DNA from: Atribacterota bacterium
GTDB taxonomy: Bacteria > Atribacterota > Phoenicimicrobiia > Phoenicimicrobiales > Stramentimicrobiaceae
DNA: 64,000 nucleotides
NCBI GenBank assembly: GCA_040767965.1
Contig: JAXGNR010000009.1
Span: 61,517-125,516 of the forward strand
Direction: 5' to 3'
Made by a program: the position numbers and the translations under genes
Part shown: positions 31,509 to 41,349 of the stretch, in pieces
Position numbering within the stretch: the first letter of the stretch is position 1
Layout of the letters: every line of letters begins with the position of its first letter
Notes under the pieces: generated by a model
What the model saw: only the letters and a program-made list of their open reading frames with translations
What the model was told of the DNA's origin: nothing
Databases searched by the model: none

Positions 31509-32663
31509 ATGCAGAAGAACCGATTTAAAAAATTACTTTTATTTTCAATAATAATTGTTATTTTATTAATTAATTCCAGCCCATGCAGCAGCACTTCTTT
31601 TGAAGATGATTATTTTATAGAAGAATTAATTAGCGGAACAGCAAAAGGAGAGGTTGTTGAAATTTTAGATGAAGAAAAAATTATCGATGAGCATTCATTT
31701 GCTAGAACAATTCAAATTATCAAAGCTAAAATCACTACCGGAACACATAAAGGAAAAATAGTACAAGTACAAAATATTATTGACGAGAGGATGGCTTATA
31801 ACTTAAAGGTAGATCAGAGAGATAAAATTGTACTGTATCTGGAAGAAGATCCTGAAGGGAATATTGTCAATGCTTATGTGGATGAATTAGTAAGAGATAT
31901 CTATTTACTTTATCTCCTGCTAATTTTTATATTATCATTATCTATAATAGGTGGTTTAAAAGGGATAAAAGCAATTATTACATTAGGTTTGACTATCATA
32001 GTCATTTTAAAAATACTTTTTCCTTTGGTTTTAGCTGGCTATAATCCTATAGTTGTTTCAGTATCAATTTGTATTCTTGTTATTGCAACTACAATTTTTA
32101 TTGTTGGAGGTTTCAATAAGAAAAGTCTGGCTGCTATTACAGGTACTATTGCAGGGGTAGCCCTGGCAGGAGTACTGGTGCTATTGTTTGGGCATTCTGC
32201 CAGACTAACCGGATTAGCAAATCAGGAAGCTCAGATGCTGATGTTTATTTCTGAGGAAATAAAATTTAATTTCCAGGGGATTTTGTTTGCCAGTATCATT
32301 ATTGGCTCTTTAGGGGCAATAATGGATGTGGGAATGTCTGTTGCTTCAGCGACAAATGAGATACAAGAAGCAAATCCCAATCTAACATCTGCATATTTAA
32401 TCAAGGCGGGGATGAATGTAGGACGTGATATTATGGGAACAATGTCAAATACCTTAATACTTGCTTATGCAGGTGGGACAATTCACCTCCTTCTTTTATT
32501 TGTGGTATACGAAGTTCCGGTAATGGATATTATAAATCAAGACTTTATAGCATCTGAAATTGTAAGAGCATTGGCAGGCAGCATTGGCCTTATTTTTTCA
32601 GTTCCCTTTACAGCTATAAGTGCTGGAATTATTTATAAAAAGATTTTCAAGAAAAACCATTGA
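31509..32663 (+). CDS. YibE/F-family membrane protein
   Basis: LGAIMDV, GMNVGRDIMGTMSNTLILAYAG. Confidence 0.9.
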   Translation: MQKNRFKKLLLFSIIIVILLINSSPCSSTSFEDDYFIEELISGTAKGEVVEILDEEKIIDEHSFARTIQIIKAKITTGTHKGKIVQVQNIIDERMAYNLKVDQRDKIVLYLEEDPEGNIVNAYVDELVRDIYLLYLLLIFILSLSIIGGLKGIKAIITLGLTIIVILKILFPLVLAGYNPIVVSVSICILVIATTIFIVGGFNKKSLAAITGTIAGVALAGVLVLLFGHSARLTGLANQEAQMLMFISEEIKFNFQGILFASIIIGSLGAIMDVGMSVASATNEIQEANPNLTSAYLIKAGMNVGRDIMGTMSNTLILAYAGGTIHLLLLFVVYEVPVMDIINQDFIASEIVRALAGSIGLIFSVPFTAISAGIIYKKIFKKNH

Positions 32664-32777
32664 ATTATAAATTGTTAAAAATAAATTTAGAATTGTCCAG
32701 TGATTAATAAAATAAAATTATTATTAAAAATTTTAATATTTATTGTTATTATTTCTTGATAAAACTATTGACATGTA

Positions 32778-32786
32778 TGTTATAAT
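32778..32786 (+). promoter_or_regulatory. Extended -10 promoter element for the trp leader
   Basis: TGtTATAAT about 30 nt upstream of the T-box stem I. Confidence 0.5.
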
Positions 32787-32811
32787 TTCTAAAAGTTTTA
32801 AAATATCGAAA

Positions 32812-33210
32812 AATGCAAATCAGGGGAGAAGTAACAATTTTTTTGTGAAATGGACCCCTTAGCTTCAAACTGAAAGATTACTAAAATTCAAGTAGGTTAT
32901 GACGGTTTTCCCCCGTGAAAAAGGAAAGGGTATCGGTAAACATTACCCGTACCTTCATAAGTGGATTTTTGTGATAATAGATAATATTTATTTTACATAA
33001 AGATCCATTAGAGTGGCACCACGGAATACAATCCTTTCGTCTCTAGCAGATGAAAGGTTTTTTATTTTTTAGGAACAAGTTTACCCGTACCCTATTAAGA
33101 GGCATCTTCTGGTAAAAAATTGCCAGAGCTGCAATTTGGGTGGCAACGCGGATTATTAATTCTCCGTCCCTATAGTTATTTAATAGCTATAGAGGCGGAG
33201 AATTTTTTTT
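32812..33210 (+). promoter_or_regulatory. Trp T-box riboswitch with one specifier stem and two antiterminator/terminator modules
   Basis: Specifier TGG at 32851-32853; T-box sequences tagagtggcaccacgg (~33009) and ttgggtggcaacgcgg (~33136), each followed by a terminator with U tract. Confidence 0.88.
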
Positions 33211-33241
33211 GGATATTAAAAACCATTGGAGGAAAATATAA

Positions 33242-34756
33242 ATGAAAGAAAAGGTTTATTTACCTGACAAAGAAAATTTATTTAATACAAGCGAAGATCT
33301 AAATTTACTTATTGTCTACCATAAAATGCTTGCTGATACTGAAACTCCTATTAGTGTGTTTGAAAAAGTGGGCCAGTCAGGTTTTAGTTATTTACTGGAA
33401 AGTGCAGAAGGAGGAGATAAATTAGCTCGTTATTCCTTTATTGGAATTAATCCCTTTTTAGTTTTCCAGAGTAAGGGTAAAAATATAACTATCCATAAGG
33501 AAAAGAAAACAGAAAATCATACAGGTAACCCTTTTGATATATTACGGCAAACGATGAATAATTTTAAAACAAAACTTCCAATAGAAGGATTGCCCCGTTT
33601 TTTTGGAGGAGGAGTTGGTTATTTTGGTTATGACATGATTAGATTTATTGAAGATATCCCTCACAGCACTAAAGATGATCTGAACATTCCTGATTGCCTG
33701 TTGAGGTATGCTGGAATAATAATTGTTTTTGATCATTTAACTCATCAAATGTGGATTATTGCCAATACTTCTTTTGATAAAGACATTTTTCCAAAAGAAG
33801 AGGCATATCTTGATTCTACCAATCGGATAGATAGAATAATCTCAAAATTAAATAATCACGATTCTGAATTCCGACCTGAAAACAAATCTGCAGTTAATGG
33901 AATTAAAGGAGATCCTTCAAAATTAAAAACCAATAGTAATTTAAAAAAAGAAGAATTTATAAAAAAAGTAGAAAAAGCAAGAGAATACATTAAGCAAGGT
34001 GATGCTTTTCAGATTGTATTATCTCAACGCTTAAACAGAAAAAATACTGAAGATCCTTTTAAGATTTACCGTTCTTTGCGAAGTTTGAATCCATCCCCTT
34101 ATATGTACTATCTGAATTATGGAGACATTCAGATAGTGGGAGCTTCTCCTGAACCTTTAGTCAGGTTGACTGAAGATCTGGTAGAAAGTAAGCCTTTGGC
34201 TGGAACACGTCATAGAGGGATAAATATACAAGAAGATTTAGCTCTGGAAAAAGACTTGCTGGCAGATGAAAAAGAAAAAGCTGAGCATACCATGTTAGTT
34301 GATTTGGCCAGAAATGATCTGGGTCGCATCTGTATCCCGGGCAGCGTTCAGGTTAGTCAATATCTGAAAGTTGAAAAATTTTCTCATGTTATGCACTTAG
34401 TATCTGAGGTACAGGGAATTATTGAAAAGAAAAAAGATGCCCTAGATGCTTTAGAAGCCAGCTTTCCTGCAGGAACCGTTTCTGGTGCCCCAAAAATAAG
34501 AGCAATAGAGATTATTGATGAACTGGAGGAGAACGATAGAGGGCCTTATGCTGGAGCAGTCGGTTATCTTGGCTTTAATGGAAATATGGATACTTGTATT
34601 ACTATTCGAACTATTGTTTTTAAGAATAATGAGGCCTATATCCAGGCAGGTGCCGGGATAGTATACGATTCAATTCCAGAAAAGGAGTACCAGGAAACTT
34701 TGAACAAAGCACAAGCTTTGTTCAAAGCTATTGAATTAGCAGAGAATGATAAATAG
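33242..34756 (+). CDS. trpE: Anthranilate synthase component I
   Basis: LLESAE, NPSPYMY, PLAGT, EHTMLVDLARND, GTVSGAPK. Confidence 0.96.
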   Translation: MKEKVYLPDKENLFNTSEDLNLLIVYHKMLADTETPISVFEKVGQSGFSYLLESAEGGDKLARYSFIGINPFLVFQSKGKNITIHKEKKTENHTGNPFDILRQTMNNFKTKLPIEGLPRFFGGGVGYFGYDMIRFIEDIPHSTKDDLNIPDCLLRYAGIIIVFDHLTHQMWIIANTSFDKDIFPKEEAYLDSTNRIDRIISKLNNHDSEFRPENKSAVNGIKGDPSKLKTNSNLKKEEFIKKVEKAREYIKQGDAFQIVLSQRLNRKNTEDPFKIYRSLRSLNPSPYMYYLNYGDIQIVGASPEPLVRLTEDLVESKPLAGTRHRGINIQEDLALEKDLLADEKEKAEHTMLVDLARNDLGRICIPGSVQVSQYLKVEKFSHVMHLVSEVQGIIEKKKDALDALEASFPAGTVSGAPKIRAIEIIDELEENDRGPYAGAVGYLGFNGNMDTCITIRTIVFKNNEAYIQAGAGIVYDSIPEKEYQETLNKAQALFKAIELAENDK

Positions 34757-34788
34757 AATAATCAGCTAAATAAAAGGAGGAGATAAAA

Positions 34789-35391
34789 ATGATTTTAGTA
34801 ATTGATAATTATGATTCTTTTACTTACAACCTTGTCCAGTACTTAAGCGAGTTTGGTATTCCTGTAGAGGTATTTAGAAATAATAAGATAGAAATAGCTG
34901 AAATTATGCAAAAGGACCTTTTAGGAATTGTAATTTCTCCCGGACCAGGAACTCCGGATGATGCAGGTATTTCAATTGAATTGATAAAAATAGCAGGACC
35001 TGAAATTCCAATCCTGGGTGTATGTTTAGGGCATCAGGCAATTGCTGTTGCTTATGGAGGAAGAGTACTTCCCAGTATAAAACTAATGCATGGCAAACCT
35101 TCTGATATTCATCATCAACAAAAAGGTATTTATGAAGGTATAGAGAGTCCTTTTTTAGCAGGTAGATATCACTCTTTAATGGTTGATATTGACTCTTTTC
35201 CTGATTGTCTCGAGATAAATGCCCGAACTGATGACAATATTATAATGGGTATCCAGCATAAAGAATATCCAGTGATTGGAGTGCAATATCACCCGGAATC
35301 TATTTTAACAAAAATGGGAAAAATTTTATTAAAAAATTTCATTAGTTTTGCTAAAGAACATAAAAAAGACATCATCAGAATGAAACGATAG
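34789..35391 (+). CDS. trpG: Anthranilate synthase component II
   Basis: IDNYDSFTYN, SPGPG, GVCLGHQ, HPES. Confidence 0.95.
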   Translation: MILVIDNYDSFTYNLVQYLSEFGIPVEVFRNNKIEIAEIMQKDLLGIVISPGPGTPDDAGISIELIKIAGPEIPILGVCLGHQAIAVAYGGRVLPSIKLMHGKPSDIHHQQKGIYEGIESPFLAGRYHSLMVDIDSFPDCLEINARTDDNIIMGIQHKEYPVIGVQYHPESILTKMGKILLKNFISFAKEHKKDIIRMKR

Positions 35392-35435
35392 TAAAAATAT
35401 TTAAAAATATTTTCTAAAAAAGAAAGGAGGGTAAT

Positions 35436-36461
35436 ATGTACCAGACAATTCAGAATAAATTATTATTTGGAAAAGATTTAGCTGAAAAAGAAGCTAATCA
35501 ATTAATGAATGAGATTATGCAAGGAGAGCTAACCTCAGCACAAATTGCCAGTTTCTTAACCGCCCTGCGAATTAAAGGAGAAACAATAGAAGAAATTATC
35601 GGTTGTGCTCTGGCCATGAGGGAAAATGCAGTCCGTATAAAAAAAGAATTCCCTTTTGCTATAGATACCTGTGGAACTGGAGGAGATGAGAAAGGAACTT
35701 TTAACATCTCTACTGTTACTGCATTTGTGGTTGCAGGTGCCGGATTAAAAGTTGCAAAGCATGGTAATAGAAGTGTATCAAGCAAAAGTGGAAGTGCAGA
35801 TGTATTAGAAGCTTTAGGAATAAATATTAATTTAACACCCTTGCAGGTTGAAGAATGTTTGGAAAAAATAGGGATAGCTTTTTTCTTTGCTCCCATTTTC
35901 CACCCTGCAATGAAATTTGCTGTTACCCCGAGAAAAGAAATCGGATTTCGCACAATATTTAATCTGTTAGGGCCATTAACTAATCCGGCAGGAGTAAAAC
36001 ACCAGGTGTTAGGTGTATATAATCCTGCTTTAACAGAAGAAATTGCTCACACATTAAAGGCCTTGGGAGTTCAGGAGGCTATGGTAGTATGCAGCGAAAA
36101 AGGAATGGATGAAATATCACTTTCAGAAATTACTAAAATCAGTCATGTTAAGAATGGGAAGGTGAAAACTTTTTATCTCAACCCGGAAGAAACAGGCTTT
36201 AGAAAATGTGATTTAAAGGAGCTATCTGGAGGAGATGCTCAGAGAAATGCAGAAATTGCAATGGAAATACTAACAGGAATCAAAAAAGATTCTATGTTAA
36301 ATGTAGTATTGATAAATGCCTCTGCCGCTTTAATGATAGGAGGGCTTGCAGAAGATTTTTCTACAGGTATAGCAATTGCAAAAAATAGCATCGAATCGGG
36401 TGCTGCACTGGGAAAGATGTATGAATTGCGAGAATTAAGTTTAAGAGGTATTACTGCATGA
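35436..36461 (+). CDS. trpD: Anthranilate phosphoribosyltransferase
   Basis: DTCGTGGD, FNIST, KHGNRSVSSKSGSAD. Confidence 0.96.
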   Translation: MYQTIQNKLLFGKDLAEKEANQLMNEIMQGELTSAQIASFLTALRIKGETIEEIIGCALAMRENAVRIKKEFPFAIDTCGTGGDEKGTFNISTVTAFVVAGAGLKVAKHGNRSVSSKSGSADVLEALGININLTPLQVEECLEKIGIAFFFAPIFHPAMKFAVTPRKEIGFRTIFNLLGPLTNPAGVKHQVLGVYNPALTEEIAHTLKALGVQEAMVVCSEKGMDEISLSEITKISHVKNGKVKTFYLNPEETGFRKCDLKELSGGDAQRNAEIAMEILTGIKKDSMLNVVLINASAALMIGGLAEDFSTGIAIAKNSIESGAALGKMYELRELSLRGITA

Positions 36462-37276
36462 ATATACTTGATAAGATTATTAGCAATAAAAAAAATGAAA
36501 TTGAGCAGGATAAAAAACAATATTCTTTGCAATTTATCAAAAATAAGATTTCTAGAGAAAGCACCCCCAATCGCGATTTTTTTGGCAGTATAAGCAATTC
36601 AAAAACAGTTGCGCTTATTGCTGAGGTTAAATTTGCTTCACCTTCAGCTGGGACAATTAATCATAGAGATAATTTCCAAGACATTATTCGCAACTATGAA
36701 AAAGGAGGCGCTACAGCAATATCTGTTTTGACAGAAAAAAGATTTTTTCAGGGAAGGGAAGATGATATTGCTAAGGCGAAGCAAATTTCTAATTTTCCGG
36801 TTTTAAGAAAAGATTTTATTATAGATGAATATCAGGTCTATCAATCACGTTTTTTGGGTGCAGATGCAATTCTGTTGATTGCCTGCTTGCTGGAGACATC
36901 AAAAATCAGTCATTACCAGGAAATCGCTTTTACCTTAGGAATGGATTGCTTGATAGAGATACATACTGAAAATGAGTTAGAGAAAATTCTTCCTTTGCAG
37001 CCAAAAATGATTGGAATAAATAATAGAAAGTTAGAAGATTTTTCTGTGGATCTTTCTATCAGTAAAAGAATAAGCTCTCATATTCCTGGCGATTCTATTT
37101 TAATAAGCGAAAGCGGTATAAAAGAAAGACAGGATATTGAAGAATTAAGTAATTATGGATTTGATGCAGTGCTGGTAGGTAGTTCTTTAATGACTAATCC
37201 ACATACTCAAAATTTATTAAAAGAATTAGCAGGAGTATTAAAAAAAGATAAAGGAATTTCTATAAATGTTAATTAA
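36458..37276 (+). CDS. trpC: Indole-3-glycerol phosphate synthase
   Basis: IAEVKFASPSAG, LRKDFII, GINNR, SESGI. Confidence 0.95.
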   Translation: MNILDKIISNKKNEIEQDKKQYSLQFIKNKISRESTPNRDFFGSISNSKTVALIAEVKFASPSAGTINHRDNFQDIIRNYEKGGATAISVLTEKRFFQGREDDIAKAKQISNFPVLRKDFIIDEYQVYQSRFLGADAILLIACLLETSKISHYQEIAFTLGMDCLIEIHTENELEKILPLQPKMIGINNRKLEDFSVDLSISKRISSHIPGDSILISESGIKERQDIEELSNYGFDAVLVGSSLMTNPHTQNLLKELAGVLKKDKGISINVN

Positions 37277-37898
37277 AATATGTGGAATTAAAAATAAAAA
37301 AATAGCTCATTGGGCAGTAGAGGCAGGGGCTGATGCTTTAGGATTTGTTTTTGCACCCAGTTCTCGTTGTATCACTCCTTTTAAAGCAAAAGAAATTATA
37401 AAATCTTTACCACAGAATATCTTAAAAATCGGGGTTTTTGTAAATGAAGATATTGTTAAAGTAAGAGAAGTACAGCAATTCTGCGGGATTACGAACTTAC
37501 AATTTCATGGCCAGGAAAGTGCTGAATACTGTAAACAATTTGGAGTCCCTCTTATAAAAGCTATCAAGGTTAAAGTAAATGGAGAATTTGTTCCCGAACC
37601 TATAAATTACCAGAAGTCTGTCCAGTATTTTTTAGCTGATACTTATCAGCATAAGAAAGAAGGAGGAACCGGAAAAACTTTCCCCTGGCAAATGGCTTTA
37701 CCTTTAAAGGAATATGGGCCAGTAATTTTAGCAGGTGGATTAAACCCTGAAAATATTTACCATGCTATTGATTTTGTCCAGCCAGAAGGAGTAGATGTAA
37801 GTAGTGGAGTAGAAACACATAATTCCAAAGATATTCAAAAAATAAAAAATTTTATTCAAGAAATATGGAGATGGGAAAATGAAAACAATCATACCTGA
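37266..37898 (+). CDS. trpF: Phosphoribosylanthranilate isomerase
   Basis: [30 protein letters not shown]. Confidence 0.95.
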   Translation: MLIKICGIKNKKIAHWAVEAGADALGFVFAPSSRCITPFKAKEIIKSLPQNILKIGVFVNEDIVKVREVQQFCGITNLQFHGQESAEYCKQFGVPLIKAIKVKVNGEFVPEPINYQKSVQYFLADTYQHKKEGGTGKTFPWQMALPLKEYGPVILAGGLNPENIYHAIDFVQPEGVDVSSGVETHNSKDIQKIKNFIQEIWRWENENNHT

Positions 37899-39075
37899 TA
37901 AAAAAGGTTATTTTGGGCAATTTGGCGGAAAATTTGTTCCAGAAACGCTTATGCCAGCTTTAAAAGACCTGGAAGAAGCCTATTATATTGCCAAAGAAGA
38001 TGAATTCTTTCAAAAAGAATTGCAGAGTTACTTTAAGAATTACATTGGAAGACCTTCTCTTTTATATTATGCGGAAAATTTATCTAAAAAACTGGGGAAA
38101 GCTAAAATTTATCTTAAAAGAGAAGATCTGAATCATACCGGAGCTCACAAGATTAATAATACTATTGGTCAGATTCTTTTGGCTCAAAGAATGGGCAAGA
38201 AACGTATTATTGCTGAAACCGGTGCTGGACAACACGGAGTAGCTACTGCTACAGTAGCCGCTTTGTTTGGTATGTCATGTGCTGTTTATATGGGAGAAAC
38301 AGATATTAAACGTCAGGAGTTAAATGTTTTTCGGATTAAATTATTAGGTGCAGAGGTAATACCGGTTAAATCGGGTAATAGCACCTTAAAAGATGCGGTG
38401 AATGAAGCAATTCGTGATTGGGTTACAAATATTGAGAATACGCATTATATGATAGGTTCGGTTGTTGGACCACATCCTTATCCTATGATAGTCAGGGATT
38501 TTCAGGCAATTATTGGCCAAGAAGCCAGAGAGCAAATTTTACTGAAGGAAGGACGTTTACCAGATTATCTGTTAGCTTGCGTAGGAGGTGGAAGTAATTC
38601 TATAGGTCTTTTCTATCCATTTTTGGATGATAAGCGTGTAGAAATATATGGTGTTGAAGCAGCCGGATATGGTATTGATACTAATGAACATGCTGCTACA
38701 TTAGAGGCTGGCAGTATCGGAATTTTACATGGGGCTAAAAGTTACCTTCTGCAGGATGATTTTGGACAGATTAAGGAAGCTTATTCTGTTTCAGCTGGTC
38801 TTGATTATCCTGGAATAGGCCCTGAACATTCTTATCTTAAAGATACCAGCAGAGTTAACTATGTTTCAGTGACTGACAAAGAAGCAATAGAATCTTTTAA
38901 GATGCTTTCCAGGACTGAAGGAATTATACCGGCTTTGGAAAGCTCACATGCTTTAGCTTATCTTTTAAAATTGATTCCTAAGACAAAAAAAGAAGATATT
39001 GTTATTGTTTGTCTTTCTGGTAGAGGTGATAAAGATACTAATGTAGTAATCGAAAAACTGGAGGGGAAAGTATGA
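37879..39075 (+). CDS. trpB: Tryptophan synthase beta chain
   Basis: [31 protein letters not shown]. Confidence 0.97.
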   Translation: MKTIIPDKKGYFGQFGGKFVPETLMPALKDLEEAYYIAKEDEFFQKELQSYFKNYIGRPSLLYYAENLSKKLGKAKIYLKREDLNHTGAHKINNTIGQILLAQRMGKKRIIAETGAGQHGVATATVAALFGMSCAVYMGETDIKRQELNVFRIKLLGAEVIPVKSGNSTLKDAVNEAIRDWVTNIENTHYMIGSVVGPHPYPMIVRDFQAIIGQEAREQILLKEGRLPDYLLACVGGGSNSIGLFYPFLDDKRVEIYGVEAAGYGIDTNEHAATLEAGSIGILHGAKSYLLQDDFGQIKEAYSVSAGLDYPGIGPEHSYLKDTSRVNYVSVTDKEAIESFKMLSRTEGIIPALESSHALAYLLKLIPKTKKEDIVIVCLSGRGDKDTNVVIEKLEGKV

Positions 39076-39866
39076 AGATAGAAAAAAAACTGCGTTACCT
39101 GAAAGAAAATAATAAAAAAGCCTTAATTACCTATATTACAGCAGGAGATCCTTCGTTAGAGATAACCGAAAAATTAGTTTATGTGCTGGATAAAGCAGGG
39201 GCAGATATAATTGAGTTAGGTATTCCTTTTTCCGACCCTCTGGCAGATGGGCCGGTTATCCAAAAAGCTTCACAAAGAGCATTAGAGAAGAAAGTAAATA
39301 TTTTTAAGATATTATCTATGGTTAATAATATTAGAGAAAAAATTACTATACCCTTTATCCTTATGAGTTATTATAACCCCATTTATCACTACGGATTAAA
39401 TTCTTTTGCAGATGATGCCCAAGAGGCTGGTGTTGATGGCTTTATTATTCCAGATTTGCCATTTGAAGAAAGTGATGAATTTAAAAGGATCATTGAACAA
39501 AAAGGTTTAGAATTAATTTCTTTTATAGCTCCCACCAGCACTCCAGAAAGGATTGCCATGATTGCTGAAAATGCTCGAGGATTTATTTATTGTGTTTCAG
39601 TAACCGGAATTACTGGAATTAGAAAAGAAACTTCACTGAAAACTGCTCAATTATTGGAAAAAATTAGACTTTATACAGATTTGCCTTTAGCAGTAGGCTT
39701 CGGCATAAGTGGTCCTGAACAAGCAAAAGAGGTTTCTAAATTTGCAGATGCGGTTATTGTGGGAAGTGGTATTGTAAATATAATTGAGGAAACACAAAAT
39801 GATTTAGCGAAAATGCTTTTTCAAATAAATAGCTTTGTAAGTCATCTAAAAAAATCTATATTATAA
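39072..39866 (+). CDS. trpA: Tryptophan synthase alpha chain
   Basis: [22 protein letters not shown]. Confidence 0.97.
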   Translation: MKIEKKLRYLKENNKKALITYITAGDPSLEITEKLVYVLDKAGADIIELGIPFSDPLADGPVIQKASQRALEKKVNIFKILSMVNNIREKITIPFILMSYYNPIYHYGLNSFADDAQEAGVDGFIIPDLPFEESDEFKRIIEQKGLELISFIAPTSTPERIAMIAENARGFIYCVSVTGITGIRKETSLKTAQLLEKIRLYTDLPLAVGFGISGPEQAKEVSKFADAVIVGSGIVNIIEETQNDLAKMLFQINSFVSHLKKSIL

Positions 39867-40061
39867 GATAAAAATTGTTAAATATTAAAATAATAGAAGT
39901 AAAATAATAAATAGCAAATAAGGGATAACCTGGTTAATGATATTATGATAAAATTAAATTATTAAAATATAAAAATTTTTGTAGTTTAAGTGTGTTCTTT
40001 GAATAATATCAGCTTTGTTTATTCTTTTTAATATTTTCAATTATAAAAGAAAGGATTTTTT

Positions 40062-40307
40062 ATGATAAATTTAGAAAAAAAAGTAAAGATAAACCCTTTG
40101 GAATTAATGAAAAAAACTAAAAATTTTTTTGGTTCCGGGGGTCAAGGGTTAATGATTATCTCAGAAAATGATTGTAATATCACTTTTCAGGGAGGTGGAG
40201 GCCACCTTAGTGTTACTTTAAAAGAGGATGACCAGGGTTTCACAAGAGTTCAAATAGAAAGTAGAGAATGGGATTACCAGGCTAAGAAATTTTTGGCAGG
40301 TTTATAA
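40062..40307 (+). CDS. Small hypothetical protein
   Basis: RBS aagga; 81 aa with FQGGGG and REW. Confidence 0.7.
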   Translation: MINLEKKVKINPLELMKKTKNFFGSGGQGLMIISENDCNITFQGGGGHLSVTLKEDDQGFTRVQIESREWDYQAKKFLAGL

Positions 40308-40372
40308 AACAAATTTTAAGATATAACATTTAAAGTTGAATATAAAATCTTTATCTCATAGGTTATAATTTA

Positions 40373-41128
40373 TTGCAAAATCAAAATTGGAAACCATTTG
40401 AATATAATAAAAATGCTAGATTTGTGTCAAATCTAGGAATGCCGGTAATTGAATTATTGTCTCCTAAACCAGGAGAAAAAATATTAGACCTGGGATGTGG
40501 AGATGGTTTTTTAGCTGCTGAACTTGTAAAAATGGGTTGTAAGGTTACTGGTGTTGATTCAAGTCAAGAGATGGTTCTTGCTGCCAAATCATTGGGTTTG
40601 GATGTCTATTTAAAAGATGCCCAGAAACTTAATTTTTATGATGAATTTGATGCAGTTTTTTCCAATGCAGCATTGCATTGGATGAAGAATCAAAAACAGG
40701 TTGTCAATGGCGTCTGGAATGCTTTAAAAAGAAAAGGTCGTTTTGTAGGAGAGTTAGGTGGAGCAGGCAATATAGCTACTGTTATTAAAGCGATTGAAGA
40801 AATTTTATTATTATGGGATGTGCAAATTCCAAATCCCTGGTTTTTTCCAACCACGGAAGAATATAAGGAATTACTGGAATCAGGAGGTTTTCTGGTAAAG
40901 AGAATTGAACTTATTCCACGACCTACTAAATTAACAGGAGATATTAGAGAATGGCTGGAAATATTTGCTCAATCTTATTTCTCATTTCTTTCTCCTTCTA
41001 AAAAGGAACTATTTATCTCAAAAGTTGTGAAGATATTAAAACCGGTTCTGTATGATGAAAATAAACAATGGACAATTGATTATGTACGTCTTCGTTTTTA
41101 TGCAATAAAAGAAAATATTAACATTTAA
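40373..41128 (+). CDS. SAM-dependent methyltransferase (Tam-like)
   Basis: ILDLGCGDG, FDAVFSNAALHW, DYVRLRF. Confidence 0.88.
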   Translation: MQNQNWKPFEYNKNARFVSNLGMPVIELLSPKPGEKILDLGCGDGFLAAELVKMGCKVTGVDSSQEMVLAAKSLGLDVYLKDAQKLNFYDEFDAVFSNAALHWMKNQKQVVNGVWNALKRKGRFVGELGGAGNIATVIKAIEEILLLWDVQIPNPWFFPTTEEYKELLESGGFLVKRIELIPRPTKLTGDIREWLEIFAQSYFSFLSPSKKELFISKVVKILKPVLYDENKQWTIDYVRLRFYAIKENINI

Positions 41129-41349
41129 TTTACTATATATTATTCTCATCCAAATAACCCCAATTGATTAATATTAAAGAATTGATTTATATTTCTGACA
41201 GATATTTTACCAATTTCATAATTAAAATACATAAAAATGATTTTTAAAAATGATAAATTGAAGTTTTTTGATATTTATATTATTATATTATTAATTAGTT
41301 TTTACCCTAAACCCTAGTTCTAATTAAATTTCAAAAGGAGGCATATATT

